This document shows, in pieces, positions 28,401 through 42,700 of a stretch of 64,000 nucleotides of DNA. The stretch covers positions 45,012,001 to 45,076,000 of the forward strand of contig OX597830.1 of assembly GCA_951406725.2 (NCBI GenBank), written 5' to 3'. The stretch is from Octopus vulgaris (lineage: Eukaryota). Within the stretch, counting starts at the first letter, position 1; each line of letters opens with the position of its first letter. The position numbers were made by a program, and so were the translations under genes. The notes beneath the pieces were generated by a model that did not search any database, was not told where the DNA came from, and was given only the letters and a program-made list of their open reading frames with translations.

Positions 28401-31400
28401 GCTAGCATTAGGAACATAAATTATAACTAAGGTTTGGTGGAAAATTCTAATTAAAAACTTATGAAAACAAGACATTTGTACTACAGAGCCAGAGCCGGTT
28501 TCAGCCGGGTTGGTAACAAAAGGGTTAAGAAGACACAATGCAATGTTAATTTTCAGTTTCAAAGGTCAAAGATAGCATCTTTGTGTTAATTTAATCTTTT
28601 AGGTAGGAAACACTAAGTGGTTTTCTTTCTTCCTGACTTTTTGCCAGTCTGTCTATTTTTGTCTCTCCCTTTTCCTTCTGAATGTGTATTTGTGTAGTTA
28701 ACAAAGTTGTTTGCTTTCTATATAACATTTCTTTCACATTTGGATTTCAAATAGAAAAGCACCATGTTCTACCCCCCCCCCCCAAAAAAAACCATTCAGT
28801 TAAATTAAAATAAAAATTTCAAGCATACATTTCCCTATCTTGAACACCTACATAATTGGATAGGACTGACCTAGAAATATCCATACTCACAATTCTGTCT
28901 AGTCTGCAGGAATATGGTGACAGTGTCAATCTGTCGATATTTTAAGCCAAGTTCCAGAGCCCGTAGGGGTAATGAACAACGCCCCCAATGATTCATCTGG
29001 CACAGTTCATCAGTGAAACGAGCTCCACCATAAGTCATAACCTGAAAAATCAATTCAAATTTAAATTAAACATATTTTTCTTACCCTACCCACACAATGT
29101 AAATATTTTTGAAGATTAACAATTTTTTCACCCCCATCACCTCACCAAACCCAACCTTTGGACCAATTTTGGCTAACTTTTTTTGCACTATGCACTTAAA
29201 AACGACAGGAAGAAGCCTTTTTGATAAAAAGGGAAAAATGTCTTGAAAATATTTTCGAACAAAAAGGTGTGCGATTCAAGGGTAATTTAGCAGTTGTTTC
29301 TAGCACATCCCACAACTACCTGGTACCTTTCTCAATTCCCATTGCATGTAGATCTAGATTAAAAAACAAGAAAAATGTGAAAACTAATCCTCGCTTTAGC
29401 ATGAAAAGCATAAATTAAAAGTCATTAAAAACATTCATAATGTACAGCAAACTCGTTAGTAGGAGAAAAAGGAAAAACACTCAAAAGGAATACGTAAACA
29501 TTACCATACATAATCCAACTGTGTGCAAAATCAGAAAAAAGACACCCAAAAAACATCATACCAGACTTTAATAGTCTATTCATAGCACAACATAGTTGTT
29601 ATTGACAAAATTTGACCAATATTTCCTAAAGAGAAACAAAATTTACATTTATAAGAATATCTGCCAGGTAAAATGTGGACAGCGAGAGAGAATAAACAAC
29701 ATTCTCAATGATTCCATGTTAATTTTGCACTCTAGAAGACTTATGTAGCTCAATTTAGTGTATATTTTTGCAGGAATATATGTTTATTTAGTAATTAGTT
29801 TGTCTGTTTCTTGAAATTCTTGTTCAAACTCAATATTTGAAACCTTGGATTTGTTCAGTTTGGTCTCTCACAGTGCAGGAATACATCAGTTTGACAAGAA
29901 CTATCAGTATACCACCTTCTTTATTGACTTTGCACATTTTCCCCATATTTATAGTCAGAGTCAGAATGTTATGTAAGTGTTTGATTTTGATCAAAACAAT
30001 ACAAGATAATAGTTCACATTCAGAACTTTCAAATGAGATATAATTTTCAATGGCAAAATGTATCTTGACATGAAAATGAACAAGCAAAAAGTATGTTTTT
30101 GCATGATCAAATTGTGCTTGTCTTCCTTCTATGGCACTGTATAATGATATTTAATCAAAAGTGATATGTGCAACACACCAATTCTGTATGAATCACATTA
30201 AGCATGAGAAAGCTACAAACAGTACTTCTCAGACAATAATAAGACGGATGAAATACATTTTGATATCCAAGTTTACAATATATACAAATAAATAAACAAC
30301 AAACCTTATCCACAAATTCCTCTTGGTGAAGCTCATCAACTATTGCAAATATTCCAGTTTCTTTTAGGATAAGAGGTGGGTGACATTTTTCCATACCCAG
30401 TACAAGGAGACCAGTCTCTTTTTTAAAACTGAATATCAAATGACAATATAATAAGATTATGAAAATATACATACTTAAGCATGCACAGAAAATACATACA
30501 CACAAATATACATGTGCATACACACACACATATATATATATAAACACAAACACACTTGCACGCCCACATGGATATGCATACATACACACATACATACATT
30601 TATATACATATATTTAGTGGAAAATTAAGATAATCACAAGTATAAATTATAAGGTCCTACATATACTTCACCACTGCAGTTATTTGGATCACAGCACGGA
30701 TGCCTACCCATTGCAGTTAGGCATTCAAATGCGCTTTGAACACCGAATGCTGAATTCCAAATAACTGCAATGGTGAAACATCCATAGGAACCAATAATTT
30801 GTAATTGTGTTTATTTTAATTTTCCTCTACATATACTCTGTATATCATAACTATTAACACTTATGTACAGAGGTCGACAAACCACTATACTGAAAGAAGT
30901 GACTCAATAATGATATATCAAATGGTATTTGTATTAACACTAACCCAGTTAACCTTTATATATTTATCGGTATTTGTACTTACACTGCTGTACTAATGGT
31001 GGTGTAGCACTCACATCCAACAGCAGTAGCAAGTGTAACACAAATGATGGTGGATTGAATGTGAGGACAACTGCCATGTCATGTCCGTTGGCAAATGCTC
31101 ATTACAACCTTCTTTTCAGATGCCGAGGGCTGCAGTTCTCCCTCCCCTTCAGAGTTGGCACTGTCAATGTAGGCAACATTGAAAGGTAGGTCAAGTAAGA
31201 TTGTTGAGATGCTTGAAAGGAGATGTGTTGATGTGTGCTGCATCCAGGAAGTTCAGTGAAGAGGATCTTGAACCAGGTTCTTCACTGGCAAAAGGCATAG
31301 GTATAAATTCTTCTGGTAGTGCAACAGTGATGGAGTAGGTGTTGGCATACTTCTAGCAGAGAAATGGGTACATAAGGTGATTGATGTAGTCAGAGTATGT

Positions 31401-34400
31401 GATAGGGTACTTAAGCTCAGAGTAGTTTTGCAGAATAGCACAGCTACAATCATCTCTGCCTATGCATTCCAAGCAGACCTGCCAAATGAACAAAAGGACT
31501 GCTTTTATGACACTCTTTTGTAGGCCACTTCCAAGATAAATGACAGTGACTTATCTTTGTGGCTAGTAATTTCAATGAACATCCTTATATTTCTAGTTCT
31601 CTCAACAACTTATGGTATAAAATTAAAGGAGTGAATTAAATTTGCATGTACCCCATACATTCTCCCTATACTCCTCACAAGCCATTTAGTGACAATATCT
31701 ATCATCCACTCTCACTATTACCCACCACTAGCTATCCACCATCTCAACTCTATTTTCTCTAGTGTTGGTGTCACAATAAAATGCACTCAATATACACTAT
31801 TAAGTGTAGAGTTGAGAGAACCCTTTATTCTTGTCAAAGATGCAACAGCCTTTCTAGTATTGGCACCATGATAATGCTCCCAATTCATTCTGTAAAGTGG
31901 TTGAGATTAGGAAGGGAAATGGGACATAGAGAGAGACAAAGTGAGATGTGGTCTCATGATCCATCTAGCTGATTGGCGATGACCAGCATGGACACTGAAA
32001 GAAAACGACAATGATGAAATTTTTTGATAACATAAATCTAATTTCTTAAAAAAAATCAATAAATAAAAAATCAAAAGATATCAGGTGTATTGGTAAGAAA
32101 TTTCTTCTATTTTCAATGTAAAAACCCAACTCACCGTTTTAACTTGACATTGCCTGTTGTAAAGTCACAGAGCCACAGAATTGAAAGATCTATGTTATCT
32201 CTCTTGGAGAACAGCACTTTTGCTAATGTTGTTGACAAAGCAATCTCTTTGACACTATGTTGCTCTAGGAATTCTGGAAGCTGTACTACTTTAATTTTGT
32301 CATCCAGAGTTACTGATGAAAGACATTTTTTCAATCCAGATACTCTTCTTTTAACAACTTTTCCAAGACACGATACATTAGAAAACTGGCCTCTTTGGAT
32401 CACTGGCAAACAATAACCATATTTATGAATGCGTATCCACTTTTTGTATTCTCTGTCTTGTGAAAGGTTATCCGATGGAAAAAAGAATTTGCAGTCTGCT
32501 GGACATAAAGTGTATAAATCCTTCAAAGAGAGGCAGATGGCAGAATTTATTTCAGTGATAAGGAAGAGATGTGCAACATCATTTGACATACACCAAAACC
32601 GGGGCATACTGCTACAGAGGTGAACAACAGAGCAAAGATCAACCTGAAGGTAACATACTCCATCACTGCTATCATATAGATCTGGATAAAATTCAGTTAA
32701 GGACTACAAGGAAAATTTTTCCTGTTTTGTAAAACTACAAAAAACTTTAACAAGCTACTTTTTACCTTTTACTTGTTTCAGTCATTTGACTGCAGCCATT
32801 TTTTTTTTCAGTACCAAAACATATTCTTGCAGGAGTTGACTAACTAGTTAAACTTGATTTCTTTGAAGCATGTGACATAATGGTAAATTGTGTTTTGTTT
32901 TGCTGTGTCAGTACATATATTATTGAAGTTTATTATTTTTTAGCAGAAGTTTTGCTTTTACTTCAACTTATGCTTACAAACTTGTAAACTTAAAATTTTG
33001 TTCCTTTCTCTCTCTACTTATCAATCATCCCATCCAGTTCTCCATTTTACACAGGCTTGCTCAAACATTGATCTGCCACTTGAATCTTGACTTTTGTTGA
33101 AAGATATGTAAGTTGACTTACACGTGAGCAGTTTGTGTTGGTTTTACTTCCAATTTTTTTCACCTGCCCACTTCACCATCAATTATTGGAAATCTCTCCT
33201 AGTAACTAAGAGAGCATCAGCCCTCCTTTGAGACAGACATTGTTGACTTAGTACTTACATACACATCATATACCTTGGACTGCTAACATCTACTAGCTGA
33301 AGCAGTACACACAGTAGTAGCAGTAAGTGCAGTTATGGTAATAACTGGTAAAGCTTTGGAATGTGAGCTAATGATAGCAAATCAATTGAAAGGAAGACTA
33401 ATATAACTATGTGTGCAAATTTTGCAACTGTCTGCAAGCTACACAAACTTCCTCCTTTTTTAATGGTGCAGAACTGAAACAGCAGACCAGAAAATTACTA
33501 CCTGAAATTCTCCTCTTCCTGTCAGTTCACAAACCTTAGAGTTGCCATCATCAATGGTGAGATTGTGGAGATGCTGGAGCGAATTCAGGTGAATATGTGC
33601 TACGTACAAGAGGTAAGATGAAATGGATCTAGGGTCAAACTTCTCACGTGCAAGAAACAGTGATAGAAATTCTTCAGAATAATGAATAAAGTAAATGAGG
33701 CAGTGAGAATGTGCAATAGAATAATTAAGCAACAGTATTTATTTTTGTATATACTTCACGATTAGGGTTGGCAGACGACCAGAATAAGCTCTTCTGTGAG
33801 ACTCTTAAACAGATTACCTTAAAGACGATCATCAGCAACTTCACTACAATCAAGAAGGGAAGAAACAGAAAGAAAGAGATCTGAACATGTTCTGTGATGT
33901 GAGGGTGTGAGGTGTTTCAGATTGCAAGACAGTGTGTTAGAGAAAAAGGAATGATAAGTATACACCTGCCATTACTGCTGATGGAAAAGTAGCAAGCATT
34001 ATAATGAGAGGTTGCTGAACGAGGAGATTGCATGAGAAGAAAGTCTACTGCATGCTGACCCATCTGAGAGACAAGCAATTCATCTTGGCAGCAGCAGCAT
34101 GATAGATAGAATGATTAAGGATATGAAGGTAAGGAAAGCTGTTGGCCCATCAAAAATAATGAGCTAAATGCTCAAAATATCTAGTGAAGTAGGATACATA
34201 CAAGTCATCCAAATACTTAAGCAAGTAAACACAGGAAGGTGTTATACCTAATGACTTTCAGCAGTATCATTGAACATGTGCAAAAGAAATGATTTAGATA
34301 CATAAATCTGAGGATATGCAGAGGCTTGAAAGAAATGAAGATAGCATGCTCCATTGGATGGGTAATGTCAGTGTGCATGTATGAGAGGATGTAAGTGATC

Positions 34401-37400
34401 TGAGAGGAAAAACTGAGTATATGGGGCATCAGATGTAGTGTGCAAGAGAGAAGACTGTGCTGGTTTGGTCATGTAATGCATATGAACGGAGACAGTTGCA
34501 TCAAGAGGTGCTGATCTCTGATTGTAGAGGGAACATGTAGAAAGGGTAGACTCAGGAAGATATGGAACAAAGTGGTGAGAAATGATCTACAGACGTTGGG
34601 ACTCACAGAGGGGATGACAAGGACTGAGCTTCTAGGGGGTTTGCTGTGCTTGAAAAGATATGTCAAGTTAAGTAAAAGCATGGCTGCCCTTGCATACAGA
34701 TTGCATCCCTGCATCCCCTCAAGAGCTGAGAATTCCTAATCTTGTGGGCTCATAGGTGCTGGTGCCATGTAAAAAGCACCCATACCAGTGTCACGTAAAC
34801 ACACCCATGCCAGTGCTGTGTCAAAGCACCCAGTCCACACTCTGTAAAGTGGTTGGCATTAGGAATGGCATCCAGCCAAAATAGACACAGAGACTGGGCA
34901 GTGCAATTCAGCTGGCCAGCTCCTGTCAAATCCTCCAACCCATGCCAGCATGGAAAACAGATGTTAAATGATGATGATGATACACACACACACACACACA
35001 ATGGCTGGTGCAGCAATGACATTGTAAACTAATACAAGAGCAAAGGAGTAGCAGCAGAGAAAGGAAACTACAGAGGCATCAAACTGTTGAACCAGGTTAT
35101 GTAAGTTACAGAAAGGATGATTGCAAAATTGATCAAGGACAGGATGAGTTTGAATGAGATTATTTTTGGTTTTTGTACCCAATACACTCTCAGTTCACCA
35201 AACCTGTATTGCCAGCCATCACTCTCAGTTCACTCCAGGGTCACCCATCACCTACTCATTTTGTCCACCTCTGCTATCACCTGTCGAACTTCCCCTATCA
35301 TCACCCCAATCCTTCTGTCTCTACCACCATACTCTTACTCCTTTCACACATCCATATTAATCATTCTTTTTTATTGCTCTCTTTGCTGTTCCCCTCCTTG
35401 GACACATTACTTTGAGTAAATGTACACATCTTCGGATGCTGAATGCTCTCTATATTTCTATATTTACAAGACAAGCCCTTGTAGTAGTCTGTAGCTAAAA
35501 TAGTTGAATGATCTATCTTACATGAAGTTTTATAGAGTAATCTCCCTTTAATAAGTTTCCCGGAAGATTCTACTTCACAAGAGGTAATTCTTAATTATTC
35601 AAGAAGCTTCGCGTTTCTCTTGGAAGTTTCTAGGATGTCTAGCATCCCATTAATAAAGCTTACTTACCACATGACTGAAAACCACCACTTCTACATTTCT
35701 GAACTTCCTTGCATAGATTACTTCATTCAACTAGATTCTACATTTTGATTATATTTCATCAACAACCAATGAATAAAAAATGTTTTTATGTAGTAAATAT
35801 ATAGTTCCTAAATTTATTCTTCTTCTTTGTAAGAATTCTTCTAATAATATACATGCTGCCATTTCAATACTTGATACTGAACATATATTCTACACTACAC
35901 CCTCCTATGCCAGAGCCATAAGAGGCTCCCCTTTGAAACATTCTCCTGACTGATAAGGTAAGTAAGTAAAGATTAACCCTTTCATTACCAACCCAGCTGA
36001 AACCGGCTCTGGCTTTGAGTACAAATGTCTTGTTTTCATAAGTTTTGAATTAAAATCTTCCACCAAACTTAAGTCACAATTTATGTTCCTAACAGTAGCT
36101 TAATGATAACTAAGTTATTTCACTGAATTATTTGTTATATTTAAAGTAATTGAAAGAGACACAGAGCATCTCTACAGAAATACAGTATCGAAAGGGTTAA
36201 GATTGAGAATTCTCTTTAGTCCTGCACATAGCCACAAGACAACCTCTCTAGTGTTGTTGCCACAAAAAAACAATGCATGCAGTATACACTGTAATGGGGT
36301 TGGCAAACAAACAAAGAAAACATTAGGTTAAGAGAACTCTTTAGTGTTGCGTTGTCAAAGATATATGACAACTTTTCTAGTCCTGGTGCTAGCTTTATTA
36401 CTCTATAGGAGGATATAAGTTCAAATTGAATGTGGCAACATTTAAATACCAAACAATGAGTAACTGAATTAGGAAAAAAAAATGGAAGTATACAATATAG
36501 TATTTTAGTGTCTGAACTGTTTCCACTGACTTTTGAAGTAAATACTGACTAATGCAGTGATTGAATACAAAGCAATAGCATAGAAATATCAATTATGAAA
36601 TAGCATAAACCTCAGATTTAAAACAACTCGAAAGATATTTACTTTGAAAAGGATACAAAGTGTGTGTTGTGGCCAGTCTAGAACAGATATAGTTGACTCA
36701 TAAAGTTGAACAGATGGCACAATATGATCCTCTTCAAATTGGTCTGATAATACAATAGTGTACTGACAGCAGGGTTTCTGTGATGCTTCACTGGTAAAAT
36801 ACACACAAGCTATGGTAAGAGTAGTAGTAGTAGTAGTGATGACATCAGAACTAGCTTGGCAATTAGTTGGCCTTTTCTTGGTAAGTAAAATAACTGAAGA
36901 GTGTGCATAACCAAGTAAATAAGGTGCAGTAGATTTAAATAGTTCAAGACCTGTTTAAAAAGTAACAACATACAAAAGTCAATGTAGATTTAAGATGCCA
37001 AGCCACAAAATAATTTAGAATGACAATCAGTAAAATGAGAAACAAGTTGAAGGAGACTTTCTAGAATGTTTTACAGATGCTTTTCATTAATTTGATGATT
37101 GCGTTAATTCAAACATTAGTGAAATTATTAGCGGTGTCTTTTTATAAACTATTGAATATGAAGTGGAAGTCATGGCTATATATAGCAAGATAATCTGATA
37201 TAAGACATAATGGAAGCACGTATTCAGTGGCACAAAACCACACTACTCGGAGGCATTCTACAATAGTAGGTCAGTGCCAATAAGTGAAAATACTTACCTT
37301 CTTTACATAACACTAGAGCCAATACAGATTCCTCACAAGTAAAAAGATATCTCAGATCATCCTCCAAGGAGAAAGCTGACAATTTACCATCTATGTGGTG

Positions 37401-37457
37401 CATACACAATGTAGTTTCATGATGTTCATTGCTGTCATAATGAATTGATCTATAGAA

Positions 37458-37488
<31 letters not shown>

Positions 37489-39737
37489 AAGAAAAGAATT
37501 AGTGACATTTTATGTTTATTAGTAAACATAATTTACTACCTTAAGTAGTTTCAAAATAAAAAGTACCAGTTTGTTGCTAGTAGCTTTTCCTGACCAACAA
37601 AATGCTCATTAGTGTTGTTGCTGTTGTATGAGTAAGAGCTAGGTGGATAAAATTAGTATGGCTATAACATATGGACCAGGGAGAAATAGATGTGAGTTGT
37701 GCATAGAAGATATGAGCCAATTACTTAACAGTAGACTAGAACAGGCCTTGAGATGTTGATACCTGCATGGAAAAACCTTTAAGCATTTTCATGAAGGAGG
37801 TCAGGTAGGATGATATCCTATACACAAAGGGCTGCTGAATGAGAGAGAGGTATATATTAGGATATTATCTGGCCTAACTTTCAACTAAATATCATTATTA
37901 TCACTAGCATGAAATATCTTCTGGGTTTTTCACAGCAACACATACATATATGGAAACTGAATAACCTTAAAGTGCACCATCATAAAAATATATTGATAAA
38001 ACCCCCATCAATGTAACTTAGTTTAATTCTATTCAATCTCCTTTTATCCATAGAAAAAACAAAAAAAAACATATAAGAACATTCAGGTATACTTAAGCCT
38101 AATTTCAAATATATTAAACTCCCAATTTCCACTCTGGCACTGGTGTTAAGTTGAGGTTGTCCTAAAAATAAACTTTATAGCCATATTGGATTTTAATACA
38201 TCCTTCATCACTTCCCTTTGTGTCTTAAACTAGCCACAAACAGATAAATCAACTCAGTTCGTTTTGAACCATGCTTGCTGACGGACCCTGAATGAAGGTG
38301 CCTGGGACATTATGCTGGGTTGCGTGTACAACTGCACATATTCTGTGCAGTGGAATCTTGCCCAAGGCTCACTAACAACATGCTGTATAAAAAAAAAAGA
38401 CAAAACGAGCAAAACAGATTATATTTAATGAGATATGCTGTGCTTGAGAAGGCCTATGAAGCCAAGTGAGACCATAGCCCATGGCCTATGCCAGTGGGTG
38501 TAACCAGCCCATTTATGAATACCCCTCATTCACTGGACAATAAACCATGCTTGTGAAGACCTACTAAGACAAGTGAAATCAAATCAAAATCAAAATTGCT
38601 GACATGCCAATGACAGTACCGCCTGATTGGCACTCGAGCCAGTAGAACATTAAAAGCACATCTGAAAATGGGGTGTAACCGGCCCACTTATGAGTACCCC
38701 TCATTTGTTGGACAATGAACTTTGCTTGCGAAGATCTTTTGAGGCAAGTGTAAACAAATCAAATTTGCTGATGTGGCCAATGACAATACTGCCTGATTGG
38801 CACTTGTGCTAGTGGAATGTTAAAAGCACATCTGAGCGTGATCGTTGCCAGGGCCACGGATTGGCTCTTGTGCCGGTGACATGTGAAAAGCATCATTCAA
38901 GTGTCGCCTTAGCAGCGCATATGCTGGTGGCAGGTGAAAAACAACATTTGAGAGTGGTTGTTGCCAGTGCCACCAGACTGGCTCATGTGCAAGTAGCATG
39001 TAAAAACACCTTTTGAGCATGGTCATTGCTAGAACCACCTGATAGGCCCTCGTACCGGTGGTACATAAAAGCACCCACTACACTCTTGGAGTGGTTGGCA
39101 TTAGGAAGGGCATCCAGCTGTAGAAACTTTGCCAGATCAGATTGAGCCTGGTGCAGCCTCAAGCTCACCAGTCCGCAGTCAAACTGTCCAACCCATGCCA
39201 GCATGGAAAGCAGACGTTAAATGATGATAATGATGATGATGATTATGATGAGACACCCCTTGTAAAATCACCTGACAAAACACTTCTGCACAGAGGGATG
39301 CACCATGACCAGTTGTACAGTATCCCACCCATGAGGGATTGAAGCAAGATGGGTTGAAACGATTGTTGCGAACAATAAAGTTTCTTGTATATTGCATTTT
39401 CTATCTCTGTCATTTGTTATATCTATATACCTATATATATATATATATATATATATCATCATTTAAGTGTTGGACAGTTTGAGAAGTCAGAGAAGTACAT
39501 CAAGCTCCAAAATCCAGAGTGTAGTAGTACTTGCAGCACCAGTACTATTGAGGACACCAGGTAACACAAAAGACTATAAACATCCCACTCAGCTGAGAGA
39601 TAGCTTTGTGGAGAGGAAGGTGGCCTTCTGCAAAGTGTTGAGAGGCTAGAGTATGACAGAAGGAACAAGATTAGATATGATGTTGTAAAGGAGATACAAG
39701 GCTAGTCTGCATTACGTAACTGTGCATGGAGCTGGAA

Positions 39738-39780
<43 letters not shown>

Positions 39781-42700
39781 AACCCTCAAAGTACATAAAG
39801 GAGAATAAAAGTGAGTGTGAAGACAGAGCAGGAAGAATGGGTGGGTAAAGGTCACATGCATGGAAAGATAGCGAAAGATGGTTGGAGATGGGTGAAGAGA
39901 TGTATGCAGTGAATGTTGGACAAAGATGAAGGGGTGATCAATGGTAAATATGAGTTGGGTGAAGGTGATAATAATGAAGGATGGGATTCAATAGAAATAG
40001 CTCAGTGTGACAGAACAGAAAGGGTTTAAGAGCAGCTAAATAGTAATGAAGCTATGGACAGGGAACGGATGAGAGATGGGGAAGATGCAAGAGTTGAAGA
40101 GTGGGGTGAGAGACATAGGGCTGAGCATGGAGGAGGAGATCAGAAGAAGTATGGAAGTGTAAACATAGCAAATGGTGAACAAAGGTGCAGCAAGGGATAA
40201 ATAACAGATATGAGATGGTGTTAAGAATGAGGTAGAGATATCAATAGTATATAGTTCAGAGAGGAAGTAACTAACTAATGGCAAAGAAAGAATGATCAAT
40301 GGAAGACATGGATGGGGAGAGAGACAATATTAAGACAATGAGGGAGTGACATCAAAAGGAAGTGGTTCCAGAGAAAAGAGATAACTTTTAGTAGAGAAAG
40401 ACATAAGATATTACAGATATATTACAACAGTACAATAATGCAGTAAGCAGAGTGATGGAGGGATGAACTAGGAAAAGTTTCACAAGGACATATTGACAAG
40501 GGGTTCAGTTAGGTGTATACCCATAATGCTTCTAGAACCTCTGTTTGGCCATGATGGACAGATATTCTCATGAAGGTACTGTTGGTCCTTTCACATTGGC
40601 CATTGCCTTGAGGTCGATAGAAAGATGTTCTAGTTTTTATTATCCCATTAACGTGAAAGAAGTCCTGAAATTGGGTTCCTCTGTCAGATTGGATACAACT
40701 TGATGATCCAAACGATGAAAAGAAGTGGAGCAGGTGGGAAATGACTGTTTTGGTACTCATGTCTTTACAAGGGTACCTCAAGTACTCAATGACTACTACC
40801 AATAAGTGGTGGTATTGTGTGATTGATGGCAGGGGACCAACAAAGTCGGAGAGGTGCTCCCAAGGTCTCGATACCTGTATTAATTGACGTCATTTTGCAG
40901 ATTTCATTGAGGGAGAACAGCAAGTTTTGTACTTTGCAGTAGTGAAGTAGATGGGTCACTCCTGGGTGGCATAGTTGTTTGTGAAAGGTTATTAGTGTTG
41001 TAGTGTCTCTTGTTGCTGCACATCTTGATAGCATGTCTGCTGCTTTGTTTTGAGTTCCTGGTCTATAAGAGATTGTGTAATTTGTGTCTGAGAGGTCCAA
41101 GCACCAGCATATAAGTTTTTCATTTTTGATTTTTGAAGTCACTTGCTTATTGAAGATCATTGCCACTGAGCATTGATCAGTGACGATGTTGCAGTTTGAG
41201 AAAACATGTATTAGGTAGCACCATTTGTGGAAATATTCTATGATTGCACAGGCTTCTCTCTTGACAATGGATTGGTGTTTTTCTGATTTTGAAAGTGACC
41301 TTGAATAGAAGGCCACTGGCCTTCCTTGTTGTGATAGCATACATCCCAAGGCTAGGTCAGGAGCATCTGTTTCGATAGGAAGTGGTATTCCAGTGGCATT
41401 TACCAATGCAGTCTTGAAAGATGTGATTGCTGTTTTTGCTTCTTTTGGCAGTCCTGCTTTGTTGATATTCTCTCTGGCTCTTGTAAGTGGAATGGTGAGT
41501 CCGGAACACTTAGGTATCCACTTTGCATAATATGCAAAAATTCCTATTATTCGATTTAATTCTCTCAATATTCTTGGTTCTGACATATCTAGCAGAGCTT
41601 GATACCTTTTAGGGTCAGGTTTTATTGTTGAATTTCCAATAATATGTCCAAGGAAGCTGATTTGCTTCTGAGAGAATTGACTTTTGCTCTTATTGATGGT
41701 CATGCCAGATGCTTCAGTTGCCTGGATAAATCTCCTGAGGTTATCGTCATGTTCATGATGATTTTGCCAGCTATGATGATGTCATCTAGATTGGAAAAGG
41801 CTTTCTGGAGATTGTTTCTTTTTATGAATTCATCCCTGAGACACTGAGAAATTGCTGCGGCATTGGTGCAACCAAATGGGAGGCATTTAAACTCATACAA
41901 TCTCCCCCCTGCTTCGAATGCTGTCAGTTTATAGTCTTTGGGTAGGAGTTCCACCTGGTGATATGCAGCTGTCATATTGATGTTGCTGAAAACCTTGTTT
42001 GCTGCTACTTCATTTAGAAGCTCATTGATCTGTGGGGTAGGGTAGGCATCCAGTTGTGTGTAGATATTTATAGTATTCAAGTGGTTGATCACCAGTCTTT
42101 CCTCTCCATTAGATGTCACAAAGCATTGAGCTCACCAAGGACTACAGCTTTCCTGAATTATGTCCTCTGAAAGTAACTTGTCTATTTTTGTTTAATAAAC
42201 TTTGCGTCTTGAAGTTGTAATTGGTCTGAGCTTAGAGGTCTCAATGCCAGGAAGTAGTTTATATGCAGAACATGTTAGGCTTGACATGGACAGGCAGAAT
42301 GACACAGGTTTGAGTGTGTCCTGAAGTCAATTGCAACTGCTGAGTGTTGACTGAAGATATTGATTCTGATTATGACTGGAGCTACAAGGAAATTAGTGTT
42401 ACATGTGTTATTTCCCAGTTGTAGTTTACTACTGAATTTGCATTTAATCTCCAGTATTGTGTTGTTGGTCAAGTTAACTTTTTCTGGCCAGGTACGATCA
42501 TAGTGTAATCCCCAGACCTCAAGATAATTCGCTTTTATAAATGTCCTGTCGAAAATGGCTTGTATATTGTTGTACTTAATTTCAATGGGTACCAGCCATC
42601 CTGTACTGTTTGTTACTGCTAAAGTGATGGATGATAAGGTCCCACCACTGTCTGAGTCACTCTTGGGCTCTGTGATAGCTGCTGTTTTAGGGAAGTTACA

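Noticed and set aside
32704-32715. TTTTCCTTGTAG as the exon 4 acceptor
   Set aside because: It is phase 0, incompatible with the phase-1 U12 donor; the downstream CAG has a perfect U12 branch site.
38226-38382. Strong polypyrimidine/CAG acceptor suggesting an exon
   Set aside because: Stop codon in the required phase and no suitable donor.
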